The notes under the pieces: model-generated
Database searches by the model: none
The model's input: the letters and a program-made list of their open reading frames with translations, nothing else
Told to the model about the DNA's origin: nothing
Translations under genes and position numbers: made by a program
DNA from: Selaginella moellendorffii
Lineage: Eukaryota; Plantae; Lycopodiophyta
Reading direction: 5' to 3'
Assembly (NCBI RefSeq): GCF_000143415.4
Contig: NW_003314299.1
Span: 808,930 to 872,929 of the forward strand
Length of the DNA stretch: 64,000 bases
Shown: positions 52,045-63,933 of the stretch, in pieces
How the letters are laid out: each line of letters begins with the position of its first letter
Position numbering within the stretch: position 1 is the first letter of the stretch

Positions 52045-54156
52045 ATATATTCTGATTTTAATATAAATTATATTGTTTAATATATTATTTTCATTTTTTG
52101 TAGACTAAAAGATTAGTTCATGTCGAACCAATAATCTACATGAGCTTATGGAATACCTTAAACACCTAGATTTTATGTTAAAAATTCTTGGTTCGAGACG
52201 AACTAAGGTAGTGCCATTAAACTTTCGCTAGTTAGGGGATTGTATTGACTTCCTTTGACTTTCGTTGACTTTCATTGACTTGAGCTCAGCTCAAAAACTA
52301 CCCAGCCCCAACGAGGTAAGCTGGCAAATTGAAAAGGAAAAATTTATGGCTTACAATTTGGTATTGGAGCCTTTTCCTCAGTTCTAGCGAAGGATAGAGG
52401 CAGATTGCTGGGAGATGGCAAAAGCGGGGCATAAACGAACCAAGGCAAAGACGGAACCTCTGCCAGAGCTGGAGCCTCCGGTCGAACAAGAGGCTATGGA
52501 TGAGGAATCCTTGCATGAGGAGGACTCTAGTGAGGAAACTTCCAAACAAGAGTCTGGTGGCAAGGTTTGGTCGTTCAAGGCTCGATTGGACGTTCTAGAA
52601 GGACAGTTGGCACAGACCAATGCCCTGTTGGAGACTTTTGTATGCAAACTAAAGCGTGATGAGAAGCAAAAGAAAAAGCGAAAGATTGCGGATGCTGGCA
52701 GCGCAAAAGGTGTGGACCCTTTGGTAGGGACTGAGGCAGAACCAAACAAGGTCGAATAGACCGAAGTGGAATCAGTCCCTCAAGCTGTTCCCAAGTACAA
52801 ACCAAAGCCCCCACCGGTCTTCAAGGGAGTGAACGACTATAAGGTGGTGGAGGATTGATTTTACGATATGGAGGATTAATTCCAAGCGTTGCGGTTACCG
52901 AGCTCGGAGAAGGTCCCATGTGCAAAACCATACTTGGCAAATAATGCTAAGTCTTGGTGGAGAATGACGGAGGCCAACGAAGGACTAGTGGCCACTTGGG
53001 AAATGATGAAGGCGAGGATCCGCATGACATACGTTCCTCCGAATGCCACTCTGCACCTAAGGGGATGGTCCAAAGTTGAGTTGAGCTCACGAGTTGAGCT
53101 CAATTCAGCTCAAGTCAATGCTAGTCAATATAGTCAACCATAAGTTTTATAAGGAAATATTAAGTCAGAAAAATGTTATTCTTTGGTGAACTTGAAATTT
53201 ATGAGTTTAAGTATCAATGGTTCAAAGAGATTTTTATTTTTTGAATCTTTCTAATGCAGTTTATACAATTTCTAGAATTAGAAGTTCGTCTGAACCTATA
53301 GAAATTTTTGGGCTTTATTGGTCCCAAATAAAATGGGAATATTGAAGTTCGAATGAACCGGAAAATTTCTATTATACATTTCAACATTTTAACATTTCAA
53401 CAATTGACCAGAAATATATAAATAATTCGAAACACTGATTCACTCGTTCATTCTTTAGGGTTTACAGATATGGGAAGCAAGGAAGACAAAAAATCTGTAA
53501 GTAGTTCTAGCATACAGAAATGTGAGAATGTGAATTTTGTTTCACTACCACAATCTCCATATTACACGCCTGGTCCTTATTACCCATCCGGAAATGTGGA
53601 GACCACTGTCACTATTAATAAAAATGCTCATGTTACTTCCGAAACAACAATCCAGAGCAAGAGAAAAGAAGAAATGGACAGCACAGCGGAAAGCACTAAT
53701 AAATCCACTCTATAAACCTTTCAATGGCTTTTGTAATCCACTAAAATATTATAAAAAAATGTAAGTTTTTTATATATATCTTATTCCTTTTGATATGTTT
53801 TGTCTTTGCAAAGATATATGATGTAGACAAATCAAAGAATTAAATCTATATATGATTTTGGGATTGAAAGGTAATCTTGCAAAAAGGCATACTCGCGTGC
53901 CTGTGTATATTCGCTATTATTATATATGGTAGGCCAACTATATAAAATAAGGCTACATATTAATTATATGCTAGTTTTTAGCTTCTGAAACCCTATAGCC
54001 ACTTGTTTCTCATAGTAGGTTGTAATTACTAAGACTGACAATTATCATTCACTATAGTGTCATGTCATAATAAAACATCATTCCCGAGATTGAAATATAG
54101 TATATTAATGAGAGAATTCTTATTGCTAGGAAGTTTAATTCTTCTTGTGTGTTGCA

Positions 54157-54711
54157 ATGGTTAGGAAGAAATTTACTTTTGGTCCCGAAGGCCTCTCATA
54201 TGAGTTTCCACCTCCATCTCCAATCTCAACCAATAATCCACCTTCACCTCTACGCAACAATCCACTTTTTCATTTTGAGGGCTGTTGTGAGGCTCTTCCA
54301 TTTGCGACTTTGAGTGCAACTGAACAAAAACTCCTTCCTTATGATGTTGTTAAAAAAGTTGGATTGCCTCTAATGCTTCAAGAGCGATATCAATATTTTC
54401 TTCAAGATCTTGCTCCAGATATGGCAGGGGAGCTTAATGTAGATACATATTATCTTCAATGTCCTATATGCAACTTTTATTTAAACAAGACAAATGGTTG
54501 CATGGGTTTGGTAAATTTTATTAAGCATTGTCGCAAATGCCCAAGAGCGGGTTTGGAAGGTGTGCACGCGTGGATGTATAAGAAAATCAAGAAAGAATTA
54601 AAAACACACAGCTATTATGATTTCATGGTGGAGAACAATATTCCATTGGTGAACACTGCATCAGTAAGTGCTGAATATGGGATATTTAGGCCACCCTTTA
54701 ATGTAATGTGA
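54157..54711 (+). CDS. Small protein with Pro-rich N-terminus and CxxC...HCxxC zinc-finger-like motif, unknown function
   Basis: YYLQCPICNFYLNKTNGCMGLVNFIKHCRKC; clear paralog at 54970-55517. Confidence 0.6.
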   Translation: MVRKKFTFGPEGLSYEFPPPSPISTNNPPSPLRNNPLFHFEGCCEALPFATLSATEQKLLPYDVVKKVGLPLMLQERYQYFLQDLAPDMAGELNVDTYYLQCPICNFYLNKTNGCMGLVNFIKHCRKCPRAGLEGVHAWMYKKIKKELKTHSYYDFMVENNIPLVNTASVSAEYGIFRPPFNVM

Positions 54712-54969
54712 AAGTCATGCATAGTTTTTTCAAAAGGTTAATTCTTTATGAGTAAAGTGGAGAATTTTATATTTTCGAGAATGATATTATTCTAGCATGT
54801 ATAAAGATATTATTATATATACAAGTGGTTCTGACACTATTATAATTCTGAAGTCCCATTTTTGAGACTGACAATTTAAACTTTCAAAAACCCCTAGATC
54901 TTTTCTTAGTATAAATACCAACAAGGGATGCTTTCAACATTGAAATTTCAGTTTGTTTAGAGTGTAGGA

Positions 54970-55517
54970 ATGGCTAGGGAAAATGCTATTGCTACTCGCA
55001 CTTGCCCCCATGCATTTCATATGAGTCTCTACCTCCGTCTCCAACTTCTACCAACATTCCACCCTTCCCTCCATACATCAATCGTTGTGAGGCTTTTTCT
55101 TTTGTAGCCCCAAGTGTGACTGAACAAGAGATCCCTCTTCTAGATAATGTTTTAGATGTTGTTACTAAAGATGGATTGCCTCATGTGCTTCAAGAGCGAT
55201 GCCAGATGTTTCTTCAAGATCTTGCTCCCGATATGGTTGAAACTTTTGAAAGAATGAACACATATTATCTCCAGTATCCCATCTGCTACTTTTATTTAGA
55301 TAAAACAGAAGGCTGTATGGGTCTAGAAACTTTTCTAGAACACTGTCACAACTGCCCAAGAACTGGTGTGGAAGGTGTGCATAAATGGATGTATAAGAAA
55401 ATCAAGAAAGAGTTAAGAACACACAATCATTATCATTTCATGGTGAGGAACAATATTCCGTTAGTAAATCCTACATCAACAAGTGCTGAATATGGTATTT
55501 TTAGGCCATCCTACTGA
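54970..55517 (+). pseudogene. Tandem paralog of 54157-54711 with 5' frameshift and CPIC->YPIC change
   Basis: ATG 54970 is 32 nt upstream of, and out of frame with, ORF 55002-55517; strong protein similarity (FLQDLAPDM, GVH.WMYKKIKKEL, NIPLVN..S.SAEYGIFRP). Confidence 0.6.
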
Positions 55518-55654
55518 AAATTCCAGCCACTAATAATTCTTACACTATGATATTATTCATCCCCCCCCCCCCCTCTTGCCTTTTTTTTATTAACAAAATT
55601 GTATTGCCTATAGATAATAAACTGATAATACTAGTAATTATGAAATTTGACAGA

Positions 55655-55780
55655 TTGACACTGTAACTTTGTCATCTCTGACACTGACACTGTCTCTGTC
55701 ACTAACATTATCACTGTCGCCATCTGCTACACTGACACTGTCAGTGTCACAATCATTATCACATTGACATGTGACACATC
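55655..55780. repeat. (C)ACTGAC/ACTGTC degenerate 6-mer tandem repeat
   Basis: gacactgacactgtc-type units between the convergent 3' ends. Confidence 0.7.
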
Positions 55781-55849
55781 TTTCTCATTGCATTCAATTG
55801 TCTTTTAATGTATCATTAATAAATAGATTTTTCATACCACTCCTCAATT

Positions 55850-58800
55850 TACACATTGCATATGATGTGCCATGCATACCTAGGAAGACTTGTAGAAAAC
55901 TAAATATATATTATTTATAAATTTTTAAAACATCATAAATTACCTCCTAGAAGAAACTGATAGAGAAGGATGAAAACCTCGAAGACAGCGTTTGAAGAAC
56001 TCATATTCTTCAATCGCAAACACCGATCTACCAGAGTCACGTGCTGCTTCGACCATCGAACCACTACTTGGTGCAATCGATGACAACACCTCTAGTTGGG
56101 CAATAAAGCTCAAGTAGGACATGCATCGCCGATGGAGATCGGAACCGATACCCAGACAATGTGTTGCGGATGTCGTTGTCTATGAGATTTGGTATGATGT
56201 CAGTAAAACTATCATACCCTGGCAAAACCCTTGCAGCACGCTCGCTATCACGAAAACCGTCATTTTCTTTTCTGCAAAACACATGGTAGGTCCACATCAT
56301 AACCTGAATAATAAAACTTTAGAGACAACCAAAACAGAAAATGATTTCTTACCTTCTCTGGCATGCCTAGGACGCCTTTGGTCTCGACCCCAACACTATC
56401 CATGATGCATCCGGAAGAGAACCTCTTGAAGTTGACTCGACTTGCATACCTCATAAGGCAAGACATCCAATGGGGGTCATTCGGGAGAATGAAGGCAACT
56501 TGACCGGTTGTGTGAAGAAGAATTGCTGCCAAAAGGAATGCATCTTTCAAGTGGTCTTTAGTCAGGTTGTTCCAGTTTGGGACATCACCATTAGCATCTG
56601 GAAGACCATCTGGCATGTCAAAGAGCATGAAGTTTGTGCTCTTGAGTGGTCGCCTATGGATCTTCTGACAAAAGCGCTCCCACTTTTGCCGGATAGCCAT
56701 ATTCTCAGCATCCTCCTCAAAAGATGCCATCAATGAACTATAGGAGCCAATAAAAATCCCAACTTCACCACGGAATGCCACTGGAGATACAGGGCGAATC
56801 TAGGGGGAGAAGATAAAGATAAGATGTGAATTTAAGAAAAATTTACATACCATCATGTGGCATGTGGTAGATGTAAGTTCCTCCAAGTCCTCTTCTCGAG
56901 CATCAAGACGAGCTGGAATGAAGTTACTCCCGACAGTTTTTGCTGCAACCATTTTGAGGAACTAAGAAAAGGAGAGAATAAAAAGAATAAAAAGAAATAT
57001 ACCTCGAGAAGTTCCTCGGTTACGGGGACGTCTTGGACGATCATCATCACTGTTGACTAATTCCTCCAAATGTGGATTTGCTCGCTTTCGTCGAGGTAGA
57101 ACTTCTTGGACGTTCTGGTTCTCTTTCTCGACTTCGTCTCGAAGAATCTCGTTCTCACCGCCATCTTCACTCTGCTCACCATTGGCACCAACAGGGTCAA
57201 CATTCTCATGGCCATCATCTTCGTCATCATTGTTGCCTCTTGCAGCCTCATGGTGGGTTGGTTCATAATCTGGCATCTCCAATTCCCAAGGACAAGCGCG
57301 CTTTATTGCTGCTGGAAACTTCATTGTTGTCGGGTACATGCCTCCATCTCTCACACCATGCCTCAGGAGGCGTGTGCATACCGGTGTTTCGAGAGGAACG
57401 CCTCTATATTGGAGATACCTATAATAGAATATAAACAATTGAGTATAGTTGAGAAATTATATGTTACCTGAAAGCTGCTCGACGCATGAAGTAAGGTTGG
57501 CCAAGTTGTTTATTAAATGGAGTCGTGCTTGTGGCCTTCTTTGGCAGCCAATCCTCTCCAAGTTTTGTAAGCTCAATGGTGACAAAGTCCTTAAATGGAA
57601 GTTGCTCAGGATCATCCCTTATGAAAGGCGCTAGAAACATCTCCCCTTCATATACAGTTTGTGAAATGTAGACGGTCCTCCTCATCACAGTCTCCATCAT
57701 ACTATCCAAGCCTTTTTCTCCTTCCCTGAGTCTGCTATTGAGGTCGTTCAGAATGTGTATCTGTTCCTCATATGTAAGCTTTGACTTTGAGATGTTGTAA
57801 ATAATCTCATCTAGAGTCTTGCCCACTAAAAAATAACTTTTGTGAGAACCTTCATGTAGATACAAACAATACTTACTTTCATGACAAGCAATCTCTGTTA
57901 TAATATCGAACCACTCCTTTGGGCGTCGAGGGTCAGCCACACTAAGTAATTTCTTTACCTTTGTCTTCTTTGTGCTATTGATTTTCTTGTCAATTGCAGC
58001 TAAATGCTCTAAGAGTTCTTGATCATTTTCAGCTCGATGCGACTGTGCATATGCATCTTGCTTAACCTTCACCAATGGCTGAAGACAACACAAACATTCT
58101 ATGATAAGAAGTATACTTAAAAGAACATACCTTACTCCACACAGTTGTCATAAAAGCCACTGGATTCTTGTACCATCTATTGGCATCCTGACGACCTCGT
58201 TGATGTCGAATAAGTGATGCTAAATCATCACCATAGTGGCTGTGGACTGCATCCTCGTCGAGATTGGCAAGAAACCGGATCTGCTCGATATCATGTACTA
58301 GGCTTTGTTTCTGCACTGCAAACTGTCCCAGTTTGCAAAACACAAATTGTTAAAAGTGATTGAAGAAGGAGAGGTACTTACGCATTAATTTTGTGGCAAG
58401 CTATCACAAGCCTTGCCACATCTAGAGATCCTCTCGCGTGTACATGTCCAACCGGAACATTGATGTGATAGACAGGATCGTCTCGGAAGCATTCTCGGAT
58501 GCACTTCATCCACGCACACCAGCGATGATTCCTGTCGATAATGTAGAACATTTTCCCCACAAATTGTTGAGTCTCAAGATGGCTCATAAGCTTGTTGTCA
58601 AATTCGCGGGACTTCATTTTCCAAATGTCATCCCAATCCCTCTCGATTTCCGGTGACACCGAGAGGGTATTTGTCGTTCCTGGCTTGAAAACCGAAACAA
58701 GGAACATACCTATGTTTGTCCCAAGGCCATTCTGTTTGTACAGACTATAGATGTCCATGTTGACGAAGTGCGGTGAAGCAGACCGAACGATGCTTGTCTG

Positions 58801-59306
58801 AGTGAATCGACATAGTGGGATTTCTCGGATCATGTGCCCCAGGCCTTCCCACTTGAGAGACTTCAGAGTCGTGTGAATAGCCTTCTCTTTAGTTCTCAAA
58901 ACTGTCTCTTGGAAGCGCTTGTCGACAATGTGTTCAGGTAGCTCCACTTCTCTTTCAGCTTCAGCTACACCTCCAGTAGCACCATTATCAAATCTAGCCC
59001 CCGACTCGGGCCCAACACCGGCATCAAGCGCACTTGGGCACTGCTCCGTTTCTGCCATATTTTGTGAATATGTTAAGAGTAGTGGCATTTGTGGTTGTGG
59101 CAGCAATGGTAGTGATGACAATGGTTGCGCTGGTGGTGGTGATGATGGTGGCGGTGGTGGTGGTAATGGTGGTGATGACGGTGGTGGTAATGGTGGTGAT
59201 GACGGTGGTGGTAATGGTGGTGATGACGCGCTACCGTGGCGGTGGTGGTAATGGTGGTGGTGGCATCGATGGCGGTGGTGGGGGTGCATGTGGACTGGAG
59301 CTATGT
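55850..59306 (-). pseudogene. Second ParB-MTase gene, probably inactivated; 5' end runs into the gap
   Basis: Collinear exons with copy 1 (ACHKIN, VHDIE..RF, TKKTKVKKLLS.AD, IYNISKSK, FDMPDG, PGYD..TDIIPN, ELYCP..GVVIDCT). Frameshift inside motif I at ~56065; DGNHR changed to DRNHR. Confidence 0.75.
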
Positions 59307-59406
59307 NNNNNNNNNNNNNNNNNNNNNNNNNNNNNNNNNNNNNNNNNNNNNNNNNNNNNNNNNNNNNNNNNNNNNNNNNNNNNNNNNNNNNNNNNNNNNN
59401 NNNNNN
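59307..59406. other. Assembly gap (100 N)
   Basis: Run of N. Confidence 0.99.
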
Positions 59407-59456
59407 ACGATGATTCAGCTGAATGGGAAGGGTTTTGCGGGCATGGAGACGATGGC

Positions 59457-59972
59457 ATGGAGGGAAATGTGGCCTCGGCGGAGGCCAAGAAAGGAGGAGA
59501 CAAGGACGGCAAGAAATCGACGCCAAAGATCACGGTGCGTCCATCGGATCAATTGCTTTGGATCGACTGATTTCCTTTTTTGTGCTTTCCAGGCCAAAGA
59601 TATAAAGACGTGCCCTCCCGACTCGCGCTTCCCAGTGACCAACCAAACGAAGAATTGCTTCACGAAATACGTGGAGTATCACAAGTGAGTGGAAAGGATT
59701 TTGGAGAGAAGAGATCAAATTTTTCTTCTTCTTGTGTTAGATGCATCCAAGAAAATGGCGAGGGCGATTCGAGATGTGAGAAGTACAGGCGAGCTTACAA
59801 GTCATTGTGCCCCATCGAATGGGTAAAGAATCCTCTTTTTCCTCTCGAGCCGAGGCGATGAGACTGAAAAACCAAAAAAAAAAAAAAAAAAACTCGAATG
59901 GTGGTGGTGTCAATGCAGGTTGAGGCCTGGGACGAGCGACGAGCAAACGATTGCTTTTGCGGTCCATACTGA
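59457..59972 (+). CDS. COX6B: Cytochrome c oxidase subunit 6b (duplicate copy)
   Basis: Same sequence as 13882-14397. Confidence 0.8.
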
Positions 59973-60051
59973 CTTCTCTCCAACGTTGTCAACGTTTTCT
60001 TGCTCAAAACCTTCTTCACATAATGGTACACCGGCACGGATTTCTCTTGGG

Positions 60052-63000
60052 TTAGAACCGGAATGTTGGTTCCGCTTCCAATGCCCAGGTGAATTTCTGG
60101 AGCAAAGATTTCGTGAAAATCTGTCAAGAGTTCCACAGGTCAGTCATTCGTGCGAGCTTTTTTTTTTTTTTTTTTTTTGTTTTTTGCTACTTGCCTTTTC
60201 GATGGGTACGTCGTTCCTCTTGCACCAAGCGACGGTGATTCGTGGGTCTAGATAGTTGATCTTAGAAGTTCCCAGAGCGACTGTCTTGAGATCATCCTTA
60301 ACTTTCATGTCCAGTTCCATCTTTTGGATCTTGTTATCGGTTTGCTCTAGCTTCTTCTCCAGCCTGTGTTGTTTCGATCCAACTTGAGCAAAGAGAGAAC
60401 GTATGAGCGTTACTTACTGTTCTGGACTTTGGTTCCTCTTTGTCTTGCCATCTTCATCCTTCCGAGGAGGCTTTCCCTTCCTAGCTCTCTCCAAGTCTAT
60501 AACAATCTCTTCACGCAGAGCCTGAGGTGCAAAGCCTTAGAACAATGCCACTAGTAAGAAAAGTAACTCAAAACCTTTAGCTCGGCCATTTTTCCTTCGA
60601 GTTTTTCCATCTGGGCGCCATGGCTCTTGGACACCGTCCGTTGGTGATTACAGAGAACAGCCACCTGCAAAGACATTCTGTAAAGGGACCAAACGTTTCC
60701 TTTGCAAGGCTATTCACCTCTTTGTTTGCTCGTTGGTAGTCTCCAATTTTTTCCGGGACGATTGAACCATCCGTATGCTCGAGCTGGCGATTTGCACTTA
60801 AAGAACTAGCATGAAAGAAAACACTTCAAGCCAAACCTGGTTATCGAGAGTGATGGAGGCATTATACGTTCTGAAAACCTTTGCAGTGAGCTCCGGCATG
60901 AACTCCTTCAAATGAGCATTCAATTTGTTTGTGTCTAGCCTGTCAAACAAATCATCGCCGCTTTTCTTCCCTGCATTCATCAACCAGCAGCGTTTGAAGC
61001 GATGCTACCAGAATCACTACCTTTCTGAAAATCCCCTATAGCCTTGAAAACTTTCTCTTCGACAGCTACTTCGTTGAGATATCTGATGGAATCCTTTCCG
61101 AGAAAATCGAACTGCAAAAGAAACAAGGTTAGGAGACGGAATTAAAAAGCGAGAGAAGACCTTACCTCGATTTTTTTCGAATCCAAAAGTTTGACGTGCT
61201 CTACTTTCAAAGAACAGCAGCCTACGGTATCAGCTTCATCGTCATCCTTCTCATTTCCTGCTCTAAGGGCAAGCCTGTCTATGAGATAAGTTGCAACTGC
61301 AATCTGTCTCTTTGTGGGATCTGTAGAGCCGAAGTCTTTCGTATATGTTTTCCGGATCTTGTCAATGTAATCCTATAAAAATCGCATGAGTGAAGCGAGG
61401 CAAAGCTACAAAAAACACCGAACCTTCAGCTGTCTAGCCTTCTCGTATTTCTTCATGTCACTCTGAGCCTTGAGGCTACTGCTTGGGTGCAAAAACACGT
61501 ACTTAAACTCCTTCTCGTTAATCGGATCGTTCCAAAACGCGAGCCAAGTGACTGTATTGTCGTGCCGAATTTCTTTCCAGCTGAAAAGTAAAGTCCAAGT
61601 TAAACTCATAAAGAGCTCGCATAAAAAGCGTCGTACGTACTTGTGACCGGGCATCGGACACTCCGGAACGGGAGCACCCTTTCCAATATTGATGACGATA
61701 TTTTCGGGAAAAATTCGCCTTTTGAGCTTTCCCATCTTAGGATGCTGACCGCGCCCCCTGAAAAGGCCTGGAGGTTCCACTCGAAAGTTTCCAACCTGAA
61801 AATGCAGTGTAAGTAACCATTAGCTCAAACAAAGAAAGAAAAGAGATACACGTACCTTTTCCTTCACCCCGTCAACAAGCGCCCAGGTGTATTTTTCTTC
61901 CGCCTTGGCCTTCTCATCTCTTAGTTGCTTCTTCTCCTGATAAAAGAAAACAAAACTTCAGCCTAAGCCGAGCATACTACCAGAGAAAACTAACCGCAGA
62001 GCTCAGTTGCTTCTTCTTCTCCTTCTCGCTTTGGTACCAGTCGTAAATCGGAGTGAAGTCGCAAAGCTCCAGCTTCTTTATGACATGGTTTGAACCGAGA
62101 ATCTTTTTCCAATCTTGCCAGAAGTTGCTGTTAAACTTGGCCTGCGTTGCGTAGTCCGTGTCTTTCATCACGGCATACATTGTGGCAACCTGTATCCACA
62201 AGAACAAACAATTCAGTCGCTTAAACTCGAAAACAACCAACAAAAGCCCGCAAACCTCTTCCTGTGCCGGAGTAAGATCCACTGGCTCGCCATTGTAGAG
62301 CATCTTCACTCCATGAGGCTGATAAGCCGGAGGAAACATGACACCATTGTGCTCCAGCGTCGTCCACTTCTGTCCACCATTACCATCCTTTCCTCCCTTC
62401 TTCACGACCGTTTTCTTCGTGATCTTCGTCTCCACCAGTTTCTTCTTGCCGGAAGACGATGCCGACTTCGTCACGACAACCTTCTTTGAAACCTCCGAGC
62501 CTTCGAAATCATCCTCCTCTTCTTCCTCCTCCTCCTCCTCCTCCATCTCCTCGCTCTCGTCTTTCTCGACTTTGGCTTTCTTCACGACTGCCTTCTTCGT
62601 CTCCGCTTCGTCTAGAACTCGCTTCCTCGTCTTGGAGCCGTCAACTTTCCTGGAGGAGCTCGCGCCTTCCTTCTTCACGGCCACCTTTGCATTCTTCGAC
62701 GCATCGATCTTCTTGGGAGCGTCAATCTTCCCAGGCTTCCTCGACGCCTCAATGAGCCTCCTCACGGAAGAGCCACCATCGCCATCGTCTACCTCGGTCT
62801 TGGCCTTCTTCCTGGGAGCGCTCTCCGGGCTCTCCAGCGATTTAAGCGAGCGCTTTGCGAAAGTTTTCAAGGGAGCAGGCTTGGTCGCAGTGCCAGGAGA
62901 AGGAACTTTGGAGCTGCTGGGCTTGCTGGAAGCCTCCAATCTGGAGGACGATCCATTTGGCTGCTCCTCGTCCTTGACTTGGCGCTTAAGATCCATTGCT

Positions 63001-63193
63001 GGAGCTCCCTTATTCACGCCAAAGGATTGAGGCTTATCATCGTCCGAGTCGTCGTTCACACGATTCGCACTGCCATTGCAAGCGAGCGGGGCGGCGATCC
63101 CATCCTCCACTTCCCTATCTAGATTTCAATCACAATGAGCGCGATCGCGCGGGCGCCGATTTGAATCGTCTCACCTGGACACATGGATGCCAT
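60052..63193 (-). CDS. TOP1: DNA topoisomerase I (duplicate copy)
   Basis: Same sequence as 14477-17618. Confidence 0.85.
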
Positions 63194-63933
63194 TTGAATG
63201 AATCTCACGCACCCAAAAACCCTAATCGATTCCCCCATATCTAGGGCTTCCAAGGAGATATGGGACCAATGCTTGCACGCCACGTGTTCCCCTGTTTTTA
63301 GGGCAACATTAGGTCTAAAAGCTGGTAAACAAGTATTTTGCGTGAACCATGAGCCGTAACTTTTCTATGCCCTTTCGGACATGCTTGTCACTAATGGTAC
63401 ACGATTCCGTTTGCCTGTTAGCGCGGATCACATGTTTTCCATTGATACTTTAGGCAGCAAAACAACAAAATCTCTACGTAAGATTGCAAAGGTGGAGTGA
63501 AGTGGATCACTACATTTTTAATCAAAATACGCAGAAAAAGAATGTAACTTTGGTTTGATTAAGTCCACATGGGAGTGTCCCCCAAGAAAAAAAAACCAAA
63601 ATCCACAGAGGCATGCGAGCGATTGAAACCATTCCACGAGTTCCGGAAGAAATATGGGTAGAAAATCCGGAACGTACGACTTCTGTGGCACGCTTGCGGA
63701 GGAGCACACGAGGGTTTGACATTTTACAGGAGTAAATCTGGAGTTTAACAGTAGGCCAAATTAAAAACATTTTCACCAAAGTAAGTAGACTTCGATATAA
63801 ATGCCCTGGCCTGGGATCCCTGACAAACGCGCAAATTTTTCTCATTCACAACTTCTTAGATCCAAGGAAAGCTTATGCCCAGATTATCACTGGCACTTCA
63901 AGTCTATCCAACAACAAGAGCAAGAGATCCTTC

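Larger units (their letters stand above)
46726..52309 (+). mobile_element. Non-autonomous TIR DNA element (5,584 bp) carrying a ParB-MTase gene
   Basis: Left end GAGCCCGGGTAGGTTTTGAGCT vs reverse-complemented right end GGGGCTGGGTAGTTTTTGAGCT; 8-bp direct repeat AACGAGGT at 46718-46725 and 52310-52317. Removing the element plus one TSD restores the LTR sequence seen at ~41920-41945. Confidence 0.85.
46470..53060 (+). mobile_element. Gypsy-type retroelement 5' end (LTR 46470-46725 + 52310-52355, PBS 52359-52370, gag 52415-53060), split by DNA-element insertions
   Basis: TGTTAGG start, ...TTACA end, then TGGTATTGGAGC (tRNA-Met-like PBS) and gag-like PKPPPVFKGVNDYKVVED...YLANNAKSWW. The LTR halves together match the reverse complement of 41888-42085. 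Confidence 0.8.
53061..59306 (-). mobile_element. Second, diverged element of the same family in opposite orientation; far end lost in the gap
   Basis: Begins GGGGATGG...TTGAGCTC repeats, then AGTCAA repeats (reverse of the TTGACT repeats at element 1's right end) and GTTC..GAAC palindromes. It truncates gag and carries a paralogous ParB-MTase on the minus strand. Confidence 0.7.

Noticed and set aside
46727-52308. Alternative boundaries 46732-52303 with a 5-bp TSD AGCCC
   Set aside because: Leaves an unexplained extra duplication relative to the related LTR at ~41920-41945. The 8-bp TSD model restores the empty site cleanly and matches the GGGG start of the sibling element.
53470-53715. Additional cargo gene in element 2
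   Set aside because: Short low-complexity ORF with an upstream TATA-like motif but no recognisable domain or paralog; left uncalled.
58378-59688. ORFs spanning the N run (e.g. 58378-59526, 59034-59570)
   Set aside because: Artificial fusions across the assembly gap.
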